A stretch of DNA of 46,131 nt from an uncultured Sulfurimonas sp. (GTDB lineage Bacteria; Campylobacterota; Campylobacteria; Campylobacterales; Sulfurimonadaceae), in contig CAZPRE010000001.1 in the NCBI GenBank assembly GCA_964588875.1, positions 1 to 46,131 of the forward strand. Direction: 5' to 3'. A program made the position numbers and the translations under genes. The notes beneath the pieces are model-generated. The model ran no database searches. It saw only the letters and a list, made by a program, of their open reading frames with translations, and was not told the origin of the DNA. This document shows positions 8,874-16,812 of this stretch, piece after piece (the stretch's first letter is position 1; each line of letters begins with the position of its first letter).

Positions 8874-10643
8874 ATGAACACTAAACCCATCACATTTAAG
8901 AGTATTTATGCTCTTATTTTACACCAAAAGCCTGCACTCATTTATGGGCAAATTATTACACTCTTAGCTATTTTAGTTAGTGTTCCAATTCCTCTACTTC
9001 TTCCTATAATGGTAGATGAAGTTCTATTAGATAAACCTGCAAACATTGTAAACGCGATTGACTACTTTTTAGATGGAGCCACTGCATTTTATTATATTGC
9101 TATTGTAACTTTTGGTGTTATCTTTTTGAGATTTCTCTACTATTTTTTAACTGTTGTTATTACTAAAGTTTTTACTAAAATCTCCAAATATGTAACCTTT
9201 ATGATTAGAAAAAAATTGCTTGATCATCTTCGTATAGCTTCTATGAACGAGTATGAAACACTTGGAAGCGGAGCAATCACTTCTAATCTTGTCACAGATG
9301 TAAATACTCTAGATGCCTTTATTATTACAGGTATTAGCAAACTAGTCTCCTCTGTTTTAACCCTTGTTGCTGTAGCCATCGTCATGATAGCCATAGACCC
9401 AATTTTAGGTATTTTAATCCTTGTAGTTCAACCCGTAATTATGCTTATGAGTAAAAGAATGTCTAGTATTGTCGGTAAATTAAAAGCTGAAGAAAATGCA
9501 GCAATATCTGATTTTCAAGAAGATGTTGGTGAGACCCTAGAGCTGTTTGGTCAGATTAAAGCGAGTAATCAAGAGAAATATTTCTTCTCACAAGCAACAA
9601 AACTTGCACAGAACATTCAAACTACTTCAAATCAATACAGCTATAAAAATGTAGCCTATGAACGCCTCTCCTACACCATATTTTTAGTAATGTTCGAATT
9701 CATTCGTGCTGCGGGTTTGGTTTTAGTTGCCTATAGTGATTTGAGTATAGGAATGATGTTTGCGATGTTTGGATATATCTGGTTCATTATGACTCCTGTT
9801 CAAGATATGCTCTCTATGCAATATAGTTACTCAGCGGCCAAAGCAGCACTAGAGAGAATAAATAAAATTCTTTTACTTAAAACTGAGAGTAGTGGTACAA
9901 AATGCTTAGAGGAAAAGGAGATAAATATCTCTTTAGAAAATCTCAATTTCTCTTATGTCCAAGGCAAAAAAATACTCAAAGGTATAAGTTTAAATATTTT
10001 CTCTGGATGTAAAATTGCACTTATTGGAGCAAGTGGAAGTGGTAAAACAACTCTAGCACAAGTGATTGCAGGGTTTTATGAAAAATGTGATGGAGATCTC
10101 TTCTTTAATGGTATCAAAACAGAAGAATTAGATAAAGCCACCTTAAGAGCAAAGGTTTTTTTAGTCTTACAAATGCCTATACTTTTTAACTCTAGCCTGC
10201 GTTTTAATATTACTATGGGGGATGAGAGCATTAATGATGAGACTATATATAAAGCACTAAGTATTGCACAACTAGATGATATGGTTGATAACATGGAGAA
10301 TAAACTCGACACCATAGTTGGACATCATGGTATAAGACTCTCAGGTGGTCAACGCCAACGTCTTAGCATAGCTAGAATGATTATCGCAAATCCTAGTGTA
10401 GTCATCTTTGATGAATCGACTTCCGCGCTTGATGTTCATACAGAAGCAAAACTTCAAGCTGAACTTCTACCACTTCTTAAAGAAAAAACAGTTATTACTA
10501 TAGCCCATAGACTTAGTACTGTTAAAAATGCTGATACGATTTATGTACTTGAGGAAGGAAAAATTGTTCAAAGTGGGACACATGAAGAACTCGAAGATGA
10601 AGAGGGACACTATAATGAGTTTGTCAAAAGACAACTGATTTAA
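8874..10643 (+). CDS. ABC exporter, fused permease/ATP-binding protein (MsbA/MdlB-like)
   Basis: N-terminal TM domain; GASGSGKT, LSGGQRQR, IFDES, IAHR. Confidence 0.92.
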   Translation: MNTKPITFKSIYALILHQKPALIYGQIITLLAILVSVPIPLLLPIMVDEVLLDKPANIVNAIDYFLDGATAFYYIAIVTFGVIFLRFLYYFLTVVITKVFTKISKYVTFMIRKKLLDHLRIASMNEYETLGSGAITSNLVTDVNTLDAFIITGISKLVSSVLTLVAVAIVMIAIDPILGILILVVQPVIMLMSKRMSSIVGKLKAEENAAISDFQEDVGETLELFGQIKASNQEKYFFSQATKLAQNIQTTSNQYSYKNVAYERLSYTIFLVMFEFIRAAGLVLVAYSDLSIGMMFAMFGYIWFIMTPVQDMLSMQYSYSAAKAALERINKILLLKTESSGTKCLEEKEINISLENLNFSYVQGKKILKGISLNIFSGCKIALIGASGSGKTTLAQVIAGFYEKCDGDLFFNGIKTEELDKATLRAKVFLVLQMPILFNSSLRFNITMGDESINDETIYKALSIAQLDDMVDNMENKLDTIVGHHGIRLSGGQRQRLSIARMIIANPSVVIFDESTSALDVHTEAKLQAELLPLLKEKTVITIAHRLSTVKNADTIYVLEEGKIVQSGTHEELEDEEGHYNEFVKRQLI

Positions 10644-10648
10644 AAAAG

Positions 10649-10680
10649 AGAGTAAAAACTAAAGATATAGTTTTTACTCT
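10649..10680. terminator. Bidirectional terminator hairpin between convergent genes
   Basis: AGAGTAAAAACTA-N6-TAGTTTTTACTCT, 13-bp perfect stem. Confidence 0.65.
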
Positions 10681-10695
10681 AAAAACATAGAGAAT

Positions 10696-10836
10696 TTATT
10701 TAGTATATAAACCAGTAGTAGGATGATTAGGTTTCGTAATGCTTGGTTTTTTAGTCTCTCTAATATCGTATTGAACGACATCTGCTACTAGAGATGCACT
10801 AAATAATATACCTGCTGTTAAAATGATTTTTTTCAT
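10696..10836 (-). CDS. Small secreted peptide (46 aa)
   Basis: Not in the ORF track. AAGGGA RBS; MKKIILTAGILFSASLVA|DVVQYDIRETKKPSITKPNHPTTGLYTK with a Sec signal. Own promoter elements upstream and a terminator downstream. Confidence 0.7.
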   Translation of the reverse strand: MKKIILTAGILFSASLVADVVQYDIRETKKPSITKPNHPTTGLYTK

Positions 10837-10923
10837 GTTGTTCCCTTTGCTAAGATAGTCTTAGACTTTAAAAATTTTAAATCGGACAATTTTTGTCCTG
10901 TTTAAATATAGTTGCAGTATAAC

Positions 10924-10938
10924 TGATAATCATAATCA
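10924..10938. promoter_or_regulatory. Fur/PerR-like box
   Basis: TGATAATCATAATCA is the 7-1-7 TGATAAT-N-ATTATCA with one mismatch, next to minus-strand -10 TATACT (10921-10916). Confidence 0.55.
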
Positions 10939-10943
10939 TTAAC

Positions 10944-10957
10944 TTGACATATGTCAA
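10944..10957. promoter_or_regulatory. Crp/Fnr-family box
   Basis: Perfect palindrome TTGAC-ATAT-GTCAA, 22 nt from the -10 of the small-peptide gene (class II spacing). Confidence 0.6.
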
Positions 10958-11034
10958 TAAAAATATTACTTTGATTTCCACGATAAAAGTATAGAAAATC
11001 CTCTATTATAAACTAAATAAATTTTGAAATATCA

Positions 11035-11053
11035 CATGAGTTTCAAACTCATG
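11035..11053. promoter_or_regulatory. Palindrome upstream of the ADP-ribosylglycohydrolase gene
   Basis: CATGAGTTT-C-AAACTCATG, perfect 9-1-9. Confidence 0.45.
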
Positions 11054-11101
11054 ATGCCCAGCTAATCTTGACTTAGATACAATCAACAAAAAAGGCTCAC
11101 T

Positions 11102-12169
11102 ATGTCAACAGTTACAAAAGATGAAGCTATAAAAGGCGCCTTTTTTGGCGCTTTAGTCGGAGACGCTCTTTGTCTTGGTTCTCACTACGAATATGACGCT
11201 CATAAAATTTATAAGGCTTATGGCAATAAACCTATAGAGAAGTTTATGTCTCCGGGTGAGATGATGGGTGGTCAAACGCACGGTATTGGTTGGGGTGAGA
11301 GAAACTATCATCCAGGAAAAACCGCTGGTGGAACTACTGATTATGGCGACTATAATATAGTAATACTCGAACACCTAGCGGCTACCGCTAACCCTCCAAG
11401 AGATTTTGACGTTGCCTCACTACTTCCACACTGGATGAACCGCTTAGAAAATGGTTGGGGCTCATGGATATGCACTATGACTAAAGAGACTTACGCGCAA
11501 GTCAAACAGGGAGTTGCCGTACAAAACCTAGGTGGTATCTCAAACGCCACTGCTATTCGTCATGTGGCTGCACATGCATACTATGATGATGAAGAGACTT
11601 TGGCAAAAGTTTCACGTCAAGCTATGTTTACACACAGAGATGCTGATGCACTTGCTGGTGGAGAGTTCTTCGCTCGCGTTACTCATAGAGTTATAAATGG
11701 CCAAAACCCTCAAGATGCTATCGAGATGGTAGCTGTACAAATGGGCGGATTTATTGAGGGTAAGGTTGCACAGGCAATTGCAAAGTATCAAGAAGCCAGT
11801 GATGAAAACTCACAACTCTATAAAGAACAATTCTGTGATGATTTAGCACTTACTTCTATGGCTAAACTTTGGGATGTTGGAAGAAGCGAGCCTATCAAAG
11901 TAGGTAAAGCGTCTCCAACGCAAGGAACCCTACCGGGTTCCGTCTATTTTATACTAAAATACATGAATGAAGAAGATGGACTAAACAAAGCGCTTGGGGC
12001 AAACGCCATGGTAGGTGGAGACAATGCTTCACGTGCCATTGCCATAGGAATGGTTTTAGGCGCTTACTTTGGAGTAAACGCCATCAAACCACTTTGGAAG
12101 GAGACACTAACACAGTGGGATTATTGCGAGGAACTATTAGATACACTCCCTCTTTTAAAGGATAAGTAA
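11102..12169 (+). CDS. ADP-ribosylglycohydrolase family protein (atypical, J1-crystallin/SelJ-like motifs)
   Basis: GALVGDAL, TTDYGD, FTH and GGDNASRA...GMVLGA in ARH-fold order. Confidence 0.85.
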   Translation: MSTVTKDEAIKGAFFGALVGDALCLGSHYEYDAHKIYKAYGNKPIEKFMSPGEMMGGQTHGIGWGERNYHPGKTAGGTTDYGDYNIVILEHLAATANPPRDFDVASLLPHWMNRLENGWGSWICTMTKETYAQVKQGVAVQNLGGISNATAIRHVAAHAYYDDEETLAKVSRQAMFTHRDADALAGGEFFARVTHRVINGQNPQDAIEMVAVQMGGFIEGKVAQAIAKYQEASDENSQLYKEQFCDDLALTSMAKLWDVGRSEPIKVGKASPTQGTLPGSVYFILKYMNEEDGLNKALGANAMVGGDNASRAIAIGMVLGAYFGVNAIKPLWKETLTQWDYCEELLDTLPLLKDK

Positions 12170-12170
12170 T

Positions 12171-12362
12171 ATGAATGAACAGATAGAGAAATCAATACTT
12201 AGTAGGTTCACACTGGGTCTATGATGAAGAGGAGTTTTTGTAAGCATCACACACAACTCTGAACTTACTCTAAACGCCAGCGTATTTTTCGCAGAGCTTC
12301 TTTGGTTTTCACAAAAGAATGAAGATATAAAAGCACTTATATATGTATTAAAATCTGATTAA
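12171..12362 (+). pseudogene. Collapsed second ADP-ribosylglycohydrolase gene
   Basis: AAGGA RBS + MNEQIEKSILS / frameshift / GSHWVYDEEE / frameshift / FVSITHNSELTLNASVFFAELL. The pieces match the GSHYEYD and THR...FFA motifs of the upstream gene, with the intervening sequence missing. Confidence 0.7.
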
Positions 12363-12444
12363 CTAAGAAAATATTCGTCCTGAAAATTATGCTTTTTTGA
12401 GTGAAATGGGACTTTAATTTGCTACAATTTCACAAAGGGAAATA

Positions 12445-13245
12445 ATGCAAATAGTTACAGATACTTTACTAGAATTAGGTATGAATGAAAATGAAGAGAT
12501 AAATGAGCAGCAACTTATTTTACTTGGCGTTGAAGAGAGCGACAAAGCAGACTGGATTGCTCTTTCCTTAGGTAAACAACTTTCAGACGCAAGGGCAGAA
12601 CTTTTTGTGTTGATTGGTGGTATAAAAGCAAAAGTAGCTCGCCAAAGAATCATTAAAAACTATAAAGCCTTACAAAAATTTAGACTAGGCCCACAGCCAT
12701 TAAGAGAAGAGACTCTGTCTCCTCAGAGTGGCGATGTAACTATATACTGTGATGGTGGCTGTACTCCAAATCCTGGAAAAGCTGGGTCTGGTGTAGCTAT
12801 TTATCGAAATGATAAACTTTCAGAACTTTGGTACGGACTTTATGAGACTATGGGAACAAATAATACTGCCGAACTCGGAGCACTTTATCAGTCTCTACTT
12901 TTAGCTCAAAAAGAGTCTAAAGACGGAAATGGCGTTGAGATAAAATGTGACTCAATGTACTCAATAAACTGTATACAAACATGGGCTATCTCATGGGAAA
13001 AAAAGAACTGGACGAAAAAAGGTGGAGAGATTAAAAATCTTGAAATCATTAAACAAGCTTACTATCTCTACGGTGAGATAAAACAAGATGTAAAACTCTC
13101 TCATATCAAAGCACATGCTGGTTTTGAAGGAAATGAGTTAGCAGACAGAATGACAATGTATACTATTGAAGAAAAAAGTGAAGAGTTTGTTAAATACACC
13201 AAAAAAATAGATATTCCTGCTATTTTAAAAATGAGAACTGGCTAA
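12445..13245 (+). CDS. Ribonuclease HI with an unusual ~95-aa N-terminal domain
   Basis: IYCDGG..PNPG, TNNTAE, CDS.Y, HIKAH, GNELAD catalytic motifs. Confidence 0.9.
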   Translation: MQIVTDTLLELGMNENEEINEQQLILLGVEESDKADWIALSLGKQLSDARAELFVLIGGIKAKVARQRIIKNYKALQKFRLGPQPLREETLSPQSGDVTIYCDGGCTPNPGKAGSGVAIYRNDKLSELWYGLYETMGTNNTAELGALYQSLLLAQKESKDGNGVEIKCDSMYSINCIQTWAISWEKKNWTKKGGEIKNLEIIKQAYYLYGEIKQDVKLSHIKAHAGFEGNELADRMTMYTIEEKSEEFVKYTKKIDIPAILKMRTG

Positions 13246-13246
13246 G

Positions 13247-13471
13247 ATGATACCTTCTAAATACCTCCAACTAGTTCAATCATTTTTACTCTCTGGTTTT
13301 ATGAGTTTCATCATGTCGGGAATAATTACTTTTATTAATCTCGGACTAATAGATGGGTTTGTTTTGATATGGCTTCATGCTTGGATATATGCTTATATTA
13401 TCGCGTTTCCTACAATTTTACTGGTTTTTCCTTTTGCTAGAAAACTAGCAATGAAGATAGCATCAAAATAG
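13247..13471 (+). CDS. DUF2798 family small membrane protein
   Basis: LSGFMSFIMSG...WLHAW...AFP pattern. Confidence 0.75.
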   Translation: MIPSKYLQLVQSFLLSGFMSFIMSGIITFINLGLIDGFVLIWLHAWIYAYIIAFPTILLVFPFARKLAMKIASK

Positions 13472-13501
13472 AGTCAGATATAAAAAATAAAGGATAAAAC
13501 T

Positions 13502-14035
13502 ATGGGCAAACAATACAAACAACTTACTCAAAATGATATTGCATTTATAAAAGAGCAAAAACTCTTTTATCTTGCTAGTGCTTCTCTTGGAGAGGTGAAT
13601 CTTTCGCCAAAAGGTTACGATAGTATTCGTGTGCTAAACGAAAGTACAATTATATTTATGAATTATGCAGGAAGTGGTAACCGAACACATAGAGATGCTG
13701 CGAATAATGGGGAGTTTACTTTGGTGTTTAACGCCTTTAGCGGAAAGGCAAATATAATCAGACTCTTTTGTAAAGCTGAGATAATAAATGACGACTCCTC
13801 TGAATATAAAGAATATTTAGAATCATTTAACGAGAAAAAAGAATTAGTAAGAAACTTTTTCAAATTCAACATCTATGCTGTAGAGTCAAGTTGTGGAGAA
13901 TCTGTACCCTATATGGACTACATAAGAGACAGAACAACTATTAAAGAGTGGGTTGTTAAGATGGACAAGAGTGACAAACTTGAAAAGTATAAAGAAAAGC
14001 ATTTTACCCCACCTGATTTAAACAAGCTTACATAA
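13502..14035 (+). CDS. Pyridoxamine 5'-phosphate oxidase family FMN-binding protein
   Basis: MGKQY...FI.EQKLFY.AS, VNLSPKG, GSGN.T, SCG..VP motifs. Confidence 0.8.
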   Translation: MGKQYKQLTQNDIAFIKEQKLFYLASASLGEVNLSPKGYDSIRVLNESTIIFMNYAGSGNRTHRDAANNGEFTLVFNAFSGKANIIRLFCKAEIINDDSSEYKEYLESFNEKKELVRNFFKFNIYAVESSCGESVPYMDYIRDRTTIKEWVVKMDKSDKLEKYKEKHFTPPDLNKLT

Positions 14036-14044
14036 GTCTCTTGG

Positions 14045-14803
14045 ATGAAAAAATTTAAACTGTTTCTTTTTCTCTTTTTAACTATGCCCTTATTAGTTAT
14101 TGCAGACAACAGCATTGCTCAACTTTATAAACAACATAAAGCTCAAGGGAGTTTAATCATTAGCTCTCTTGATGGCACTTCTATTTATGTCCATAATCAA
14201 ATACTCTCAGAAAAAAGATTTGTACCCGCTTCAACTTTCAAAATATTAAATACTCTCATAGCACTACAAGAAAATGTAATCGATGAAAAGCAGATAATAA
14301 AATGGGATGAGGAGAATAGAGTTTATCAATCTTGGAACAGAGACCAGACTTTAGAGAGTGCATTTAAGGTCTCTTGTGTTTGGTGTTATCAAGAATTTGC
14401 AAAACAAATAGGTAATGAACGCTATCTAAAATATCTCAAAGAAACACACTATGGAAATGAGAAAACAGGAAAAGACTTAAGCCGTTTCTGGCTTGATGGC
14501 GATTTGAAAATATCGGCACAAGAACAGATAGCCTTTTTGAAAAAAGTTTACTTAGAAGAGTTGAATTTTAAAAGTAAAAATATTAAATTGCTTAAAAAGA
14601 TTATGCTTGAAAAAGAGACTCCTAAGTATTCGTTAAGTGCAAAGACTGGCTGGTCAAATAAGGTTGGTTGGTATGTTGGTTACATAGAAGTAAATGATAA
14701 GGTTTGGCTCTTTGCGAGTAACCTAGAAATCAATTCTAAAGAAGATTTGAAACTAAGAAAATCATTGGTGATTGAAGCATTTAAACTAAAGAAGATTTTA
14801 TGA
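14045..14803 (+). CDS. blaOXA: Class D (OXA-type) beta-lactamase / penicillin-binding serine hydrolase
   Basis: Signal peptide; PASTFK, SCV (SxV), YGN, FWLDG and KTG motifs all intact. Confidence 0.88.
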   Translation: MKKFKLFLFLFLTMPLLVIADNSIAQLYKQHKAQGSLIISSLDGTSIYVHNQILSEKRFVPASTFKILNTLIALQENVIDEKQIIKWDEENRVYQSWNRDQTLESAFKVSCVWCYQEFAKQIGNERYLKYLKETHYGNEKTGKDLSRFWLDGDLKISAQEQIAFLKKVYLEELNFKSKNIKLLKKIMLEKETPKYSLSAKTGWSNKVGWYVGYIEVNDKVWLFASNLEINSKEDLKLRKSLVIEAFKLKKIL

Positions 14804-15228
14804 GAAAACTACAATGGAAACATGAGAGCGACAGTGTAGATTGGGATGAGCTTTCAAACCTTTACAAGATTGCTCCACTTGGTGATAAAAAAGCGGATAA
14901 TTTAAAAACGGTTTTTTCAAATAGTATGTACAAATGTTTTGTGTATTCTGATGACTCTCTTGTTGGCGTTGGTAGAGCTTTGGCTGATGGTGTTGACTGC
15001 TCATATATTTGTGATGTAGCGATTCACCCTGATTTTCAAGGGCAAGGAATGGGTAAAGAGATAGTCTTGAAACTTGTCGCGTTTAGTAAAGAACATAACA
15101 AAATCATTTTATATGCCAACCCTGGGAAAGAGCCTTTTTACTCTAAACTTGGCTTTGCTAAAATGAACACAGCGATGGCCATTTTTAAAAATCAAGAACA
15201 AGCTAGAGAAGTTGGTTTAGTCACTTGA
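14800..15228 (+). CDS. GNAT family N-acetyltransferase
   Basis: VAIHPDFQGQGMG acetyl-CoA motif; FYSKLGF. Confidence 0.88.
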   Translation: MRKLQWKHESDSVDWDELSNLYKIAPLGDKKADNLKTVFSNSMYKCFVYSDDSLVGVGRALADGVDCSYICDVAIHPDFQGQGMGKEIVLKLVAFSKEHNKIILYANPGKEPFYSKLGFAKMNTAMAIFKNQEQAREVGLVT

Positions 15229-16151
15229 TAAAAGCACATAAAAAACTTCTGTCATGGTATGAAACGCAGGGACGTCATGATCTCCCTTGGCGAAATACCG
15301 ATGACATGTATCATATATATTTGAGTGAAATAATGCTCCAACAAACACAGGTCAATCGTGTAAGAGATGAGTACTATCCTCAGTTTTTAGAGAAGTTCCC
15401 AACTCTACAAGCACTAGCAAACGCCACTCAAGATGATGTGCTTGCAGCTTGGAGCGGGCTTGGGTATTACTCTCGTGCAAGAAACCTTCAAAAGACAGCT
15501 ATAACTGTTGGGAATTCCCTTCCAAACACAGAGGAAGAGCTTATAACACTTCCCGGAATTGGTCGCTATACTGCAAGTGCAATCTGTAGTTTTGGACACA
15601 ATCAAAACATACCAGTAGTCGATACAAATATAGCAAGAGTCATTAAACGCTACTTTGCACTTTTAAACCCTAAAGACGCAACTATTTGGACAAACGCGGA
15701 GGAGTTCGTAAACGCCAAAGACCCACGACATCATAATCTAGCCCTTATGGATTTAGGCTCATTGGTTTGTTTGCCAAAAAATCCAAAGTGTAATGAGTGT
15801 CCCTTAGAAAAAGAGTGTTTAGGAAAAGCAGAGCCTGAAATATACACTCAAACTAAGAAAAAAGAGTATCTCGCCCTTGAACTTTTCTATGGCGTTTACA
15901 TCAAAGAAAATAAGATAGCACTACAAGTCTCAAAAGAGAGGATGTACAAAGACATGCTCATTCTCCCGACTACCGACCCTATAGAAGAGCAGTTTTTAGG
16001 AAGTTTCAAACACTCCTACACAAAGTACAGACTCAGTGTAAATCTCTATGCCATTGATGAGTTAGAAGAAGAGATGGTTTGGGTAGATTTAAATGGACTA
16101 GTAAATGCACCTATATCTTCCCTTACAAAAAAGGCACAGAAGTTTTTCTAA
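15225..16151 (+). CDS. mutY: A/G-specific adenine glycosylase
   Basis: LPWR, SEIMLQQTQV, GLGYYSRARNL, HhH LPGIGRYTA, VDTN, C-x6-C-x2-C-x5-C Fe-S motif. TTG start overlaps the upstream stop. Confidence 0.93.
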   Translation: MIKAHKKLLSWYETQGRHDLPWRNTDDMYHIYLSEIMLQQTQVNRVRDEYYPQFLEKFPTLQALANATQDDVLAAWSGLGYYSRARNLQKTAITVGNSLPNTEEELITLPGIGRYTASAICSFGHNQNIPVVDTNIARVIKRYFALLNPKDATIWTNAEEFVNAKDPRHHNLALMDLGSLVCLPKNPKCNECPLEKECLGKAEPEIYTQTKKKEYLALELFYGVYIKENKIALQVSKERMYKDMLILPTTDPIEEQFLGSFKHSYTKYRLSVNLYAIDELEEEMVWVDLNGLVNAPISSLTKKAQKFF

Positions 16152-16156
16152 GTTTT

Positions 16157-16657
16157 CTATTGCATAATAAGTAATAGATTATAAAATTGCAAGATTATCA
16201 GAAATGCCAATGGGAACATGCTGTTCGTTGTAAGTCTCATTAGTGAAAGTGCATTTTTAGAATTATCAAGTGAAATAGAATAGCTGGCGAGCTTGTCTTG
16301 GTCTTCTTGATTTAGATTATTAAATATAACATTCAGTTGCTCTGTTTCATATAGTGATATCCACTCTTTTACTTGCTCGCTGTACTGACTCGCTATCTTA
16401 TCATTTTTCATAAATAGCTTCCAGTAAAAATCTTTGAGAAAGAAACTGGTTGTTCCAAACATTATCATAGTTGATATCATCAAAGCAATGCTGTCTCCTG
16501 AAGTTGGAGTCTCCCCAGTCGAGAACAAGTATGTTAAGTATGCTAAAAGTGCCGTAGGTATAAATATGACTAAAGTGTGTTGATATTTTTTCACCATTCC
16601 AAACCCCTCAATATCAAGTTCTCTTTTCTCGTCCACTTCTGTATTTGCTTTGCTCAT
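16157..16657 (-). CDS. Hypothetical membrane protein (about 3 TM segments)
   Basis: Long ORF with hydrophobic segments. Start placed at MSKAN after a GGAG RBS. No family recognised. Confidence 0.65.
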   Translation of the reverse strand: MSKANTEVDEKRELDIEGFGMVKKYQHTLVIFIPTALLAYLTYLFSTGETPTSGDSIALMISTMIMFGTTSFFLKDFYWKLFMKNDKIASQYSEQVKEWISLYETEQLNVIFNNLNQEDQDKLASYSISLDNSKNALSLMRLTTNSMFPLAFLIILQFYNLLLIMQ

Positions 16658-16812
16658 CTGCTTCTCCAATATAATTTATGTATTTTACAGAGTTTTTTAA
16701 CTTCTGTCCAAGAAAATGATAAATTTACATAAATAGTAGAATATTATTAGGCTACTTCTAAAAAATTACTAGAAAACTTTCGTTATACTTTCTCAAACAA
16801 AGGCCTTAATCA

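Noticed and set aside
11102-13245. ARH + RNase H as a retron-like or anti-phage module
   Set aside because: No reverse transcriptase or msr/msd-like RNA. The genes are separated by a pseudogene and a probable separate promoter region.
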